Assembly: GCF_965204015.1 (NCBI RefSeq)
Contig: NZ_OZ241965.1
Span: forward strand, 375,991-439,990
Origin: Candidatus Poriferisocius sp.
Lineage (GTDB): Bacteria > Actinomycetota > Acidimicrobiia > Acidimicrobiales > Bin134
DNA: 64,000 nucleotides
Direction: 5' to 3'
In this document: positions 52,549 to 62,169 of the stretch, piece by piece
Layout of the letters: each line of letters starts with the position of its first letter
Numbering within the stretch: position 1 is the first letter of the stretch
Translations under genes and position numbers: made by a program
The notes under the pieces: generated by a model
Databases searched by the model: none
Seen by the model: only the letters and a program-made list of their open reading frames with translations
What the model was told of the DNA's origin: nothing

Positions 52549-54183
52549 ATGGCCGAATTCGCCTACTCCGAACTGCTCCCCAAAGGGCCTGACACCACCA
52601 CCCAATACCGCCTGTTGACCACGGACTACGTCTCCCCTGTCGCGCTGGGCGCTCGCCAGTTCCTCCAAGTCGACCCCGAAGGCATCCGCCTGCTCACCAG
52701 CGAGGCCATGAGGGACATTGCCCACCTCCTTCGACCGGGGCACCTAGCCCAGCTGGCCGCCATCCTGGAAGACTCCGAGGCCTCGCCCAACGACCGATTT
52801 GTGGCCACCGAGCTGCTTCGCAACGCCAATATCGCGGCCGGCGGGGTGCTGCCCGGTTGCCAGGACACCGGGACGGCCGTGGTGATGGGCCACAAGGGCG
52901 AGCGGGTGCTCACCGATGCCGACGATGAGCGGGCCATTGCCCGAGGAGTGTTCGACACCTTCCAGACCTCGAATCTTCGGTACTCGCAACTGGCTCCGCT
53001 GTCCATGTTCGAGGAGCGCAATACCGGCAACAACTTGCCCGCCCAGATCGAGATCTATGCGGTGCCGGGTGACGCTTACTCATTCCTGTTCATGGCCAAG
53101 GGCGGCGGCTCGGCCAACAAGTCGTACCTGTTCCAGGAGTCCAGGGCGCTGCTCAACCCGGACACCCTCACCCGCTTTATGGACGAGAAGCTCCGCACCC
53201 TGGGCACCGCGGCCTGTCCGCCCTACCACTTGGCCGTGGTCATCGGCGGCACCTCGGCCGAGTACACCCTGAAGGTGGCCAAATACGCCTCGGCCCGCTA
53301 TCTCGACACGCTGCCCACCGAAGGATCGGATACCGGCCACGCCTACCGGGACCTGGAGTGGGAAGACCGCATCCTGGAGCTGACCCGGCACTTCGGGATT
53401 GGGGCCCAATTCGGCGGCAAGTACTTCTGCCACGACGTGCGGGTAATTCGGCTGCCCCGCCACGGGGCTTCCTGTCCGGTCGGAGTGGCTGTGTCGTGTT
53501 CAGCCGACCGCCAGGCCCTGGGCAAGATCACTTCAGAGGGGATCTTCCTAGAGCAGTTGGAGACCGACCCGGCCCGCTTCCTACCCGAGATCACCGAAGA
53601 CGAGCTGAGCGGCCAAGTGGTGCGCATCGACTTAGACCAGCCCATGGACGACATCCGGGCCGAGCTGACGAAGTATCCGGTCAAGACGAGGCTGTCGCTC
53701 ACCGGCACCCTGGTGGTGGGCCGCGACCTGGCCCACGCCAAGATCAAGGAGCGGCTGGATGCCGGGGAGTCCATGCCCGCGTATCTGCGCGACCACCCGG
53801 TGTACTACGCCGGTCCGGCCAAGACCCCCGAGGGCTACGCCTCCGGGTCGTTCGGCCCCACCACCGCCGGGCGCATGGACGCCTACGTGGACCAGTTCCA
53901 AGCGGCCGGGGGCAGCCTGGTGATGCTGGCCAAGGGCAACCGGTCGCGCCAGGTGGTCGACGCCTGCGCCCGCCACGGCGGGTTCTACCTGGGATCGATC
54001 GGCGGCCCCGCCGCCCGCCTGGCCAAGGACTCCATCCGCAAGGTGGAGGTGCTGGAGTACCCCGAACTGGGCATGGAAGCGGTGTACCGCATTGAAGTAG
54101 AGGAGTTCCCCGCCTTCATCGTGACCGACGACAAAGGAAACGACTTCTTCACCGAGGTGTCCACCCCGGTGTCCATCAGCTAG
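52549..54183 (+). CDS. class I (Fe-S dependent) fumarate hydratase
   Basis: 544 aa as a single chain carrying both the alpha- and beta-type domains ([10 protein letters not shown], ...[16 protein letters not shown]..., GPTTAGRMD). Confidence 0.9.
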   Translation: MAEFAYSELLPKGPDTTTQYRLLTTDYVSPVALGARQFLQVDPEGIRLLTSEAMRDIAHLLRPGHLAQLAAILEDSEASPNDRFVATELLRNANIAAGGVLPGCQDTGTAVVMGHKGERVLTDADDERAIARGVFDTFQTSNLRYSQLAPLSMFEERNTGNNLPAQIEIYAVPGDAYSFLFMAKGGGSANKSYLFQESRALLNPDTLTRFMDEKLRTLGTAACPPYHLAVVIGGTSAEYTLKVAKYASARYLDTLPTEGSDTGHAYRDLEWEDRILELTRHFGIGAQFGGKYFCHDVRVIRLPRHGASCPVGVAVSCSADRQALGKITSEGIFLEQLETDPARFLPEITEDELSGQVVRIDLDQPMDDIRAELTKYPVKTRLSLTGTLVVGRDLAHAKIKERLDAGESMPAYLRDHPVYYAGPAKTPEGYASGSFGPTTAGRMDAYVDQFQAAGGSLVMLAKGNRSRQVVDACARHGGFYLGSIGGPAARLAKDSIRKVEVLEYPELGMEAVYRIEVEEFPAFIVTDDKGNDFFTEVSTPVSIS

Positions 54184-54187
54184 CGAG

Positions 54188-55723
54188 CTAGTTGATCCTC
54201 CGGTCGTGGCCAGACCAGTAAGGCTCGCGGAGGCGGTATTTCTGGAGCTTGCCGGTCGCGGTGCGAGCCAGTTCGTCGCGGAACTCCACCGAGGTGGGGC
54301 ACTTGTAGTGGGCCAAGCGGCTGCGGCAGTGCTGAATCATCTCGTCCTCGGACGCCGACGCCCCCGGCGCCAGCACCACCAGGGCTTTCACCGTCTCGCC
54401 CCACTTTTCGTCGGGCACCCCGATGACGGCCACCTCAGCTACCGCTTCGTGGGCGAACAGGGCGTCCTCCACCTCGATGGACGAAACGTTCTCGCCACCG
54501 GAGATGATCACGTCCTTCTTGCGGTCCGACAGCGAGAGGTAGCCCTCGTCGTCGATGTGGCCGCCGTCGCCGGTGTGAAACCAGCCCCCGGCTAAAGCCT
54601 CGGCCGAGGCGTCGGGCTGCTCCCAGTACCCCTCCAGCACATGGTTCCCCCGGGCCAGTACTTCGCCGCTTTCGTCCACGGCCAGCGAGATGCCCAACGC
54701 GGGCACGCCCTGTCGGGACAACTTGGAGGCCCGCTCGGCTGGACTCAGGTGGTCCCATTCGGCCCGTCGGCGGTTGATGGTCAGGTAAGGAGCGGTCTCG
54801 GTCAGGCCGTAGAGCTGCATGAACTCCCAGCCCAGCTCAGTTTCCATCCGCTCGATGGTGCGGGTGGGCGGAGGGGCGCCAGCCACCGTCATGCGCACTC
54901 GCCCCGAGCCGGGAATGTCCCCTTCCCAATTCTGAGCTGCATCCAGAACCGCGGCCACCACTGCGGGGGCCCCGCACATGTACGTCACCCCGTGGCGCTC
55001 CACCCGCCGCAGGATCTCCGTACCGTCCACCTTGCGCAGCACGATGTGGCGGGCCCCGGCCCCGCTGACGGCATAGGGCATGCCCCACCCGTTGCAGTGG
55101 AACATGGGCAGAGTATGGAGATACACGTCCCGGTCGCTCACCCCGGCGGCCCAGCCGAAGGTCGCGGCATTGAGCCACAGCGAGCGGTGGGTCATCTGCA
55201 CGCCCTTGGGGCGGGCTGTGGTACCCGACGTGTAGTTGATGGTGGCGGTGGCGTCCTCATCGGGAGTCCACGGCTCGGGCTCGACGTCGAACCGGTACAG
55301 GGCCTCGTCAGACTCCGCGCCCAGCACATAGCGGTGGGGGCAGTCGACATCGGCCAGCGTGTCGGCCAGCTCCGGGTCGAACAGCAGCATCGACGCTCCG
55401 CAGTGCTCCACGATGTAGCTGATCTCCTCCCGGTTGAGCCGGAAGTTGATGGGCACGCATACCCGGCCATTCCCGCTCACCCCGAACAGCGAGACCATCA
55501 GTCGGGCGGCGTTGTGGGAGACGATGGCCACCCGCTCGCCGAAACCGATGCCGTGCTCGTCCAACGATGCGGCCTGAGCTCGGGCTAATTCGGCCATTCG
55601 GGTATAGGTCAGCTCTCCCCAACTCTCAGCCGGCTGATCCGGCTCATCGACGATTCCCACCCGGTCGCCGTACACCGTCGCGGCCCGGGCCAGGAAATCT
55701 CCCACACACAGAGCAACCTTCAT
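54188..55723 (-). CDS. AMP-dependent acyl-CoA synthetase/ligase
   Basis: 511 aa with the AMP-binding motifs YTSGTTARPKGV, GYGLTE-like (LYGLTET), WFHTGDGG and GKLQK. Confidence 0.85.
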   Translation of the reverse strand: MKVALCVGDFLARAATVYGDRVGIVDEPDQPAESWGELTYTRMAELARAQAASLDEHGIGFGERVAIVSHNAARLMVSLFGVSGNGRVCVPINFRLNREEISYIVEHCGASMLLFDPELADTLADVDCPHRYVLGAESDEALYRFDVEPEPWTPDEDATATINYTSGTTARPKGVQMTHRSLWLNAATFGWAAGVSDRDVYLHTLPMFHCNGWGMPYAVSGAGARHIVLRKVDGTEILRRVERHGVTYMCGAPAVVAAVLDAAQNWEGDIPGSGRVRMTVAGAPPPTRTIERMETELGWEFMQLYGLTETAPYLTINRRRAEWDHLSPAERASKLSRQGVPALGISLAVDESGEVLARGNHVLEGYWEQPDASAEALAGGWFHTGDGGHIDDEGYLSLSDRKKDVIISGGENVSSIEVEDALFAHEAVAEVAVIGVPDEKWGETVKALVVLAPGASASEDEMIQHCRSRLAHYKCPTSVEFRDELARTATGKLQKYRLREPYWSGHDRRIN

Positions 55724-55762
55724 GCCCCCACCGTATCCACCCCACTGCTCTCAACGCCTGCT

Positions 55763-57181
55763 GTGGGTTCGCCGCAGTCCACTCATACAATCTCGGTTGT
55801 GACGGTTGCACGGGTCCTCGGGACATTGGGCAAGACGGTCATCTCCATTGGCCTCATCATCCTGCTGTTCGGGATCTTCCAGCTATGGGGGACCGGCGTC
55901 ATCGAGGCTCGGGCCCAGCAGGATCTAGAAGGCCAGTTCTCCGATTTGCTCGAGGCTTCCGAATCCCTGAGCCCTCCGGCCCCCGATCCGGTGGTGACCC
56001 CCACCCCCGAACCAACCCTTCAGCCCACGCCCGACCCCACCCCCACAACAGAGCCCGCCGAAGAGACCCTTGCCGTGGAGGAACCCGACCCGGTACCGAC
56101 AACACCGAGCCCGACCCCGACTGCCTCTCCCCAACCCACCGCCACTCCTGAGCCCACTCCTGAGCCCACCCCTGATCCTGAGTGGCTGGAACTGCTCTAC
56201 CCCGACTGGGGATCGCCCATCGCCCGGATCCACATCCCCACGCTCGGGGTGTCCAAGACCGTGGTTGAGGGGGTCCGGGTTAGCGACCTCCGCAAAGCCC
56301 CCGGCCACTACCCCAATACCGTCATGCCCGGACAGGCAGGAAACGCGGCTATCGCCGGGCACCGCACCACCTACGGGGCGCCCTTCGGAGAAATCGACGA
56401 GCTGGTTCCCGGCAACCAGATCTTCGTCGAGACCATCCAAGGGAGATTCGTCTACCAAGTGGTGGCCCAAGGAGACGGCCACGGGCACCTCATCGTGCCG
56501 CCCAGTGCGGTTGAGGTGCTCGACCAGGACTTCAGCGAGCACCCCAATCGGCTCACCCTCACCGCCTGCCATCCCAAGGGCTCGGCCCGACAGCGCATCA
56601 TCGTGGTGGCCGAGCTGGTGGGCGAGCCCGTTCCCTCCTATCGCCAACTCGGCGAGGAGGGACAAGCAGATGTGCAGCTGGCCGATGAGAACGTGAACGA
56701 GACGGCCGACCCTACTGAGACGGTCACGGCCACCCCGACGACAACGACCGCCCCCGACACAGCAGCGACCCCGACGACAACGACCGCCCCCGACGCTACG
56801 GCGACGCCGACGCCAACGGCTGGTCCAACCGAAGAGGCGCCCGCGGGAACCCCGACTCCGGAGGCTCCTGAAGAAGCCCCCGAGCAGGCACCGGTAGCCG
56901 CCGCTGAAGACCAACCGCCTACCGAGCCGCAAAGCCCCGTCCCCGCGGAGCGGGCACCCGCCGCGACAACCGATTCCTTCGGCGAGGGCCTCGACGGCGA
57001 CGCCGACGCATGGCCGCCGGCCATATTGTGGAGTTTGGCCGCTTTGGCCATCTGGTTCTTCGCCCTGTTCGCGGGCCGCCGATGGAAGAAGCTGCCGGCC
57101 TACGCTCTGTCGGCTCTACCCTTCCTGGTCGTGATGTTCATGGCGTTCTGGCACATCGACAGAATCCTCCCCTCGTACTGA
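55763..57181 (+). CDS. class E-like sortase with two Pro/Thr-rich regions and an extra C-terminal membrane anchor
   Basis: It has an N-terminal TM and a catalytic His (AIAGHRTTYGAPF). The Cys is in LTLTACHP and the Arg in SARQRIIV. The C-terminal hydrophobic segments are AILWSLAALAIWFFALFA and ALSALPFLVVMFMAFW. Confidence 0.8.
   Translation: MGSPQSTHTISVVTVARVLGTLGKTVISIGLIILLFGIFQLWGTGVIEARAQQDLEGQFSDLLEASESLSPPAPDPVVTPTPEPTLQPTPDPTPTTEPAEETLAVEEPDPVPTTPSPTPTASPQPTATPEPTPEPTPDPEWLELLYPDWGSPIARIHIPTLGVSKTVVEGVRVSDLRKAPGHYPNTVMPGQAGNAAIAGHRTTYGAPFGEIDELVPGNQIFVETIQGRFVYQVVAQGDGHGHLIVPPSAVEVLDQDFSEHPNRLTLTACHPKGSARQRIIVVAELVGEPVPSYRQLGEEGQADVQLADENVNETADPTETVTATPTTTTAPDTAATPTTTTAPDATATPTPTAGPTEEAPAGTPTPEAPEEAPEQAPVAAAEDQPPTEPQSPVPAERAPAATTDSFGEGLDGDADAWPPAILWSLAALAIWFFALFAGRRWKKLPAYALSALPFLVVMFMAFWHIDRILPSY
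56732..56794 (+). repeat. 36-bp-period tandem repeat (ACCCCGACGACAACGACCGCCCCCGAC x2) encoding TPTTTTAPD
   Basis: Identical 27-mers lie at 56732-56758 and 56768-56794. Confidence 0.9.
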
Positions 57182-57202
57182 TTGATGAACTGATTGATGA
57201 AC
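57179..57202 (+). repeat. perfect 12-bp tandem duplication TGATTGATGAAC x2 spanning the sortase stop and the next gene's start
   Basis: Copies lie at 57179-57190 and 57191-57202. The first copy creates the mini-ORF ATG AAC TGA. Confidence 0.95.
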
Positions 57203-57775
57203 CGCAAGACGCTGGGAGTCAGCCGCATCTTGACAGCCGTGGCACTGGTGCTGGCACTGGCTGCTGCCGGCTGCGCCGACGAAGAGTCCGAGGAGTCCCG
57301 ACTCGACGAGGTGTTCGTCGAGCCCACGGCCGAGCCCGACCTGCTGCCCACCGAAGAAGATCTGCGGGACCGGTTCGAGGGACTCGTCACCGAGCCCTAC
57401 GACCTTTTGGTGGGGACCTGCTTCAACCAGTACCGGTATCTGGACCGCAACGATCTGCCTGCGCAGCTGACCACTGCCATCGGCTGCACCCGCCCTCACA
57501 ACGCCCAGGTGTATGCCATCGTGATCCACGACGCCCCGGCCGGTGCCCCCTATCCCGGAGAAAAGGCAGTCAACGATTGGGGACTAATGCAGTGCTATGA
57601 GCGGTTTGAGCCGTTTGTGGGTCTGGTCTACGAACTGTCAGAGCTCGACATCGGCATGATCACCCCCAGCCGAACCGACTGGGAGGGCGAGAACTACCGC
57701 CGCCGAATCTCCTGCTATGTGTTCGACCGCAATCGGTGGCTCCTGAAGACCGACGTGGAGGGCATCGGCCTCTGA
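57197..57775 (+). CDS. lipoprotein, possibly septum-formation (PF13845-like) domain
   Basis: It has a signal peptide with a lipobox (LALAAAGCADE). The 4 Cys pattern (GTCFNQ, IGCTRPHNAQVY, LMQCYERF, ISCYVF) resembles that family. The domain call is from memory only. Confidence 0.6.
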   Translation: MNRKTLGVSRILTAVALVLALAAAGCADEESEESRLDEVFVEPTAEPDLLPTEEDLRDRFEGLVTEPYDLLVGTCFNQYRYLDRNDLPAQLTTAIGCTRPHNAQVYAIVIHDAPAGAPYPGEKAVNDWGLMQCYERFEPFVGLVYELSELDIGMITPSRTDWEGENYRRRISCYVFDRNRWLLKTDVEGIGL

Positions 57776-57802
57776 GCTGTAGGTCTGAGCTGCTGGCGCG
57801 CC

Positions 57803-58960
57803 TCAAGCCATCAGCGCGGCCAACGCCGACCACGACTGCGGCACGGCCCCACCCCCGGTGCCGTCGTCGGGATCCCAGTACTCGGCAAACCCGCTCCGCA
57901 TCGCTCCCCTCACTGTGGTTGAAGCCACCGCCTCAGCGGCTTCATTCCGGCCGTGTCGGCGCAATCCCACCCACATCAGGTAGCTGAGCTGGGGCCATGC
58001 CGGGCCTCGCCAATAGGTGCGGGGATCGAAGCCGGGCTCCTCGCGGTGAACGCCCGCCGGCCCGCAGCGTCCGCCGTAGGCCGAGGGATCGACCAGGTCG
58101 GCAGCCACGGAGTCGATCCGGTCGGGCTCGGCCGCAACCAGCATCGGCAGCAGGCCGTCCAACGTGCGCACCCGGCCCGACCCCTTCTCCGATGGGCCGG
58201 CATCGGCCCAGGTCCGACGAGACTCGTCCCATCGGGCGGCTAGATACCCAGCCAGCTCGTCGGCCCGGTCGGTCACCTCCGACCGCCCGGCCACTGCGGC
58301 CAGCTCCCAGGCGTTGAACACCACCAATGCGTTGAACCCCGCCGATGCGGATTCGAACGCCGGATTGGCCACCGGAGAGCCCGCCGGACTGCGCTCGATC
58401 GACATCACCAGCTGGTTTTTGATCGGCCGCCAAGCTTCCAAGGAAAATCCGCCGGGACAGAAGTCATCCCAGCGGGGGCTGTCGTCGGCGCCGCTCTCCC
58501 ACGGATGGCACAACGACACCAGCCCGCTCGGATGGCGATGGCGGTCGAACAGCAGAAACCTCAGGCCGCGCTCGGCCTTGGCCAACGTCTCCTCGTCGAC
58601 GTCTGCCCCCCGCCGCACCAACTCCGCTATGGCATGCCCGTACATGGGGGGCTGGGTGATTGACGACGCCTCATCTCGACCCCACAGATCGGCGGCCACA
58701 CCGGGATGGCGCACATAGTTCATGTGGGGAACGAACCCGTCGACGGCCTGGACCGACAACGCAGTCTGGAGCTCGGTCAGCCCGCGGTCGTCGCCCAGCT
58801 CAGCCCAGCACAACGCGTGAAAGCAGGAGTCCCACAGCCACTGCCAGGGGTAGGTCGCAGGATTCGGTACGGCGTAGCCCTCGGGAACCCAATGGGCTTC
58901 CAGTACCGCCCGAGCCGCGTTCCGCACCGCTGAGCGGTCGAATCCCTCGGGCTCGTCCAT
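57803..58960 (-). CDS. (alpha/alpha)6-barrel glycoside hydrolase, GH63-like (glucosyl-/mannosylglycerate hydrolase-like)
   Basis: 385 aa with YPWQWLWDSCFHA, HPWESGADDSPRWD, YWRGPAWP and FAEYWDPDDG motifs, typical of this barrel family. The substrate is not determinable. Confidence 0.55.
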   Translation of the reverse strand: MDEPEGFDRSAVRNAARAVLEAHWVPEGYAVPNPATYPWQWLWDSCFHALCWAELGDDRGLTELQTALSVQAVDGFVPHMNYVRHPGVAADLWGRDEASSITQPPMYGHAIAELVRRGADVDEETLAKAERGLRFLLFDRHRHPSGLVSLCHPWESGADDSPRWDDFCPGGFSLEAWRPIKNQLVMSIERSPAGSPVANPAFESASAGFNALVVFNAWELAAVAGRSEVTDRADELAGYLAARWDESRRTWADAGPSEKGSGRVRTLDGLLPMLVAAEPDRIDSVAADLVDPSAYGGRCGPAGVHREEPGFDPRTYWRGPAWPQLSYLMWVGLRRHGRNEAAEAVASTTVRGAMRSGFAEYWDPDDGTGGGAVPQSWSALAALMA

Positions 58961-59006
58961 ATCTCCAGAGTCTCACGATTGGACGCGATCTGGTTACCTC
59001 GTAGGC

Positions 59007-60035
59007 ATGGTCCGGGCCGCAATCGTCTCATTTCGACTGGGGCTGAGCGATGGCGTGTCTGTGGTCGCCCGCCTCTGGCAGAAGATGCTGGCCGACATCG
59101 GCTTCGACATGGTGACGGTGGCCGGGGAAGGTCCGGTAGACCGGCTGGTCCCCGGCCTCGGCATCGACCAGCTCGACGGTCCCGACCCCGACGGGTTTGC
59201 CGCCGCGGTGTCTGATGCCGACTTGGTGGTGGTGGAGAACCTCTGCACCATCCCACTGAATCTCCCAGCTGCCCGGACAGTGGCCCGCGCCCTGGCCGGG
59301 CGCCCCGCCATCCTCCACCACCACGATCCCCCGTGGCAGCGGGAGCGGTTCGCCGCGGTGACCGAGCTGCCCCCCGACGACCCCTCCTGGCGCCATGTGG
59401 TCATCAACCGATTCACCGCCGAGCAGTTCTCCCGGCGGGGCATCGAAACCACGGTGATCTACAACGGATTCGACACCACCAGCCCCGAGGGCGACCGGGC
59501 CGCGATGCGGGCCAAGCTGGAAGTGGATGACGAGACGCTGCTCGTGGCCCACCCGGTGCGGGCCATCCCCCGCAAGAACATCCCCGGGGCCATTGCCATC
59601 GCCGAGGCGCTGGGCGGCACCTATTGGCTGATGGGACAAGCCGAGGAGGGATACGACGCCACCCTGGAGCGACTTCTGGCCGATGCCCGCTGTCCGGTCA
59701 TCCATCGGCCGGTAGCCCGCACTCCCGACATCTACGCCGCCGCCGATCTGGTGGTGTTCCCGTCAATCTGGGAGGGATTCGGCAATCCGCCGGTGGAGGC
59801 AGCCAACTGGCGTCGTCCCTGCGTGGTAGGTGACTACCCGGTGGCCCACGAGCTGGCCGAGTTCGGATTCCAGTGGTTCACCTCCGACGGCCTCGATGAG
59901 ATCCAGGCATTTCTGAACTGCCCCGACTCCGACCTGTTGGACCAGAATCAAGCCATCGCCCAGCAGCACTTCTCCTTGGAACGAGTCCGAACAGACCTGG
60001 TCGCGCTGTTGGATGACGCCGGATGGCTACCATGA
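59007..60035 (+). CDS. GT4-family (GT-B) glycosyltransferase
   Basis: 342 aa with the C-terminal E-x7-E motif (WEGFGNPPVEA). It is divergent from the glycoside hydrolase. Confidence 0.8.
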   Translation: MVRAAIVSFRLGLSDGVSVVARLWQKMLADIGFDMVTVAGEGPVDRLVPGLGIDQLDGPDPDGFAAAVSDADLVVVENLCTIPLNLPAARTVARALAGRPAILHHHDPPWQRERFAAVTELPPDDPSWRHVVINRFTAEQFSRRGIETTVIYNGFDTTSPEGDRAAMRAKLEVDDETLLVAHPVRAIPRKNIPGAIAIAEALGGTYWLMGQAEEGYDATLERLLADARCPVIHRPVARTPDIYAAADLVVFPSIWEGFGNPPVEAANWRRPCVVGDYPVAHELAEFGFQWFTSDGLDEIQAFLNCPDSDLLDQNQAIAQQHFSLERVRTDLVALLDDAGWLP

Positions 60036-60280
60036 GCACCGACGACCTGGCCGCCCGCCGACGGCTCATCGCCCGGCTGACCACAACCGGCCAGCGGCTG
60101 GGCTACCTGCTCTATCTGGCCGCCGCCGCCCTGTTCTTCATCGGCTTCGCCACCAGCTTCCGCAGCTCCCTGGTCACCGCCATCATTGCCTGCCTCCTCG
60201 TCGGCTCCCTCGTCCTCGCCCCCGCCATCATCTTCTCCTACGCAGTCCGCGCCGCCGACCGAGAAGAGCCCTTGGCTTAA
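60032..60280 (+). CDS. small two-TM membrane protein
   Basis: The ATG at 60032 overlaps the GT4 stop (ATGA). There are two hydrophobic helices (YLLYLAAAALFFIGFA, VTAIIACLLVGSLVLAPAIIF). Confidence 0.5.
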   Translation: MSTDDLAARRRLIARLTTTGQRLGYLLYLAAAALFFIGFATSFRSSLVTAIIACLLVGSLVLAPAIIFSYAVRAADREEPLA

Positions 60281-60765
60281 GGGCTTATGTCAATCGGCTC
60301 AACCGGCAGCCGCCCCGCAACCACTGCGGGCAAGAACTCCCGCAACCTCTCCGGCAGCATCTTCTCCTCTGAGGCCAGCACCTCTTCCAAACTCCACCAG
60401 CGGGCCTCCTCAAACGCCGCCGCCTCCAATGCTTCGAGGTGCTGGGGGTTCCACTCACCCCCATCAGGGCACCAAGCCACATGGATGCGCTCGTTGGAAT
60501 CGAAGTGGATGCCGGCAAAGTCGAACTCCACATGCTGGGTCCAGATGCAGGGGCCGACCTCCACATCGGTAAATCCGGCCTCCTCCCAAAGCTCTCGACG
60601 GGCGCCGGCAGCCGAGTCCTCCCCCGGACCCAGCCCTCCTCCGGGTATCTCCCACCACGGATCTTTGCGCGGATCAATGGGGTCGCTGGCCCGCATCAAG
60701 AAGACGCGCCCTTGGCGGTCCAACAGCACCACTCGGGCTGCCGGTCGGCGCAAGGTCCAAGCCAT
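60277..60765 (-). CDS. NUDIX hydrolase
   Basis: The start is trimmed to MAWTLRRPAARVVLL. The Nudix box is GGGLGPGEDSAAGARRELWEEAG. Confidence 0.85.
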   Translation of the reverse strand: MAWTLRRPAARVVLLDRQGRVFLMRASDPIDPRKDPWWEIPGGGLGPGEDSAAGARRELWEEAGFTDVEVGPCIWTQHVEFDFAGIHFDSNERIHVAWCPDGGEWNPQHLEALEAAAFEEARWWSLEEVLASEEKMLPERLREFLPAVVAGRLPVEPIDISP

Positions 60766-60892
60766 GGGCGCCGACCATACCCCCCTTAGCAGCCCACACC
60801 GCAGCGCGGCCGATTCTCCTCTTGGATAGATCATCGACGGCGAGCGCCGGTACAGTCCCGCTCGAAGAGCCAATACCCGGGGGTTGCCCACG

Positions 60893-62059
60893 ATGGAGTT
60901 CGGATATTTTGCCCAGTGCTTCGTGCCTGATTTCGGCTACGAGGGGAATCCCGACTGGGAGGCCCAGCGCATCCGCGACAACCTGGAGATCTCCCAGCTG
61001 TGCGATCGCCACGGGTTCAAGTACATCTGGGCCTCAGAGCACCACTTCTTGCGGGAGTACTCCCACATGTCCTCCCCCGAGGTGTTCTTGTCGGCGGTGG
61101 CATCCACCACCGAGAACGTGCATCTGGGCTCGGCCATCTTCAACATCACCGCTCCGGTGAATCACCCTGTGCGCTCGGCTGAACGGGCGGCCATGATCGA
61201 CGTGCTGTCCAACGGTCGCTTCGAGCTGGGTACCGGCCGGGGCTCCTCGTCCACCGAGGTGATGGGATTCGGGATGCCGGGAACACCCCGCGACCCGGAA
61301 ACCGGCCTGGCCGACACCGAGGTCACCCGCGGCCTGTGGGACGAGGCCATCCGCCAGATCCCCCACATGTGGCGCGAGGGGGCATACAGCTACGAGGGCG
61401 ACAGCTTCTCGATGCCAGCCCGGGAGATCTTCCCCAAGCCAGTAACCAAGCCCCATCCCCCGCTGTGGGTGGCGTGTGGCAGCCCGGGCACGTTTGAGAA
61501 AGCCGGCAAGCTGGGCATCGGAGTGCTGTGCTTCACCATCGGCACCCCCGATGAGATCGCCCCGCTAATCGAGATCTACAAGAACGAGGTGGCCAGCTGC
61601 AAGAACCCAGTGGGCGACTATGTCCACGACAACGTCATGTGCGTTGGGTTCGGCATCTGCCTGGACGACCGGGAGGTGGCCATCGACTGGGCCACCCGAG
61701 GCCACATGTACTACTACCAGTGCCTCGTCTACCGCTGGCTGGACACCTTCCCCAAGCCCGACGGGATTCCCGAATGGCCTGCGGTCATCCCCGAGCCGAC
61801 TCATGACGATGTCAAGATGGCCATCGAAGGCGGCTCGCTGTGCGTGGGCAACGCCGAGGACTGCATCCACGTGTCCCGCCAGTACGAGCGGGTGGGAGCC
61901 GATCAGTACGTGATCAGCCCGCTCACCTCCACGCTGCCCATGGACGTGGTGCGCGAGACAATTGTGAACTTCGGCAAGCACGTCATCCCGGTGATCGACA
62001 CCGATCCGATGCACCGCTCGACCCGTCAACGCGAGGCGGCTCTGGCCGCGGCGATCTAA
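60893..62059 (+). CDS. LLM-class (luciferase-like) flavin-dependent oxidoreductase
   Basis: MEFGYF..., IWASEHHF and RFELGTGRG are typical LLM motifs. The ATG at 60893 is preferred. Confidence 0.85.
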   Translation: MEFGYFAQCFVPDFGYEGNPDWEAQRIRDNLEISQLCDRHGFKYIWASEHHFLREYSHMSSPEVFLSAVASTTENVHLGSAIFNITAPVNHPVRSAERAAMIDVLSNGRFELGTGRGSSSTEVMGFGMPGTPRDPETGLADTEVTRGLWDEAIRQIPHMWREGAYSYEGDSFSMPAREIFPKPVTKPHPPLWVACGSPGTFEKAGKLGIGVLCFTIGTPDEIAPLIEIYKNEVASCKNPVGDYVHDNVMCVGFGICLDDREVAIDWATRGHMYYYQCLVYRWLDTFPKPDGIPEWPAVIPEPTHDDVKMAIEGGSLCVGNAEDCIHVSRQYERVGADQYVISPLTSTLPMDVVRETIVNFGKHVIPVIDTDPMHRSTRQREAALAAAI

Positions 62060-62169
62060 ACTAGCTGTTTCTTAAAGAATCCATGACAAAACTTGAGCGG
62101 GCCTAGTCAGGCTGCGGTTCAGCCGCTAGCGTTTGACCGTCCCTTGAGTCCAACGTTGGGAGCAATCAC

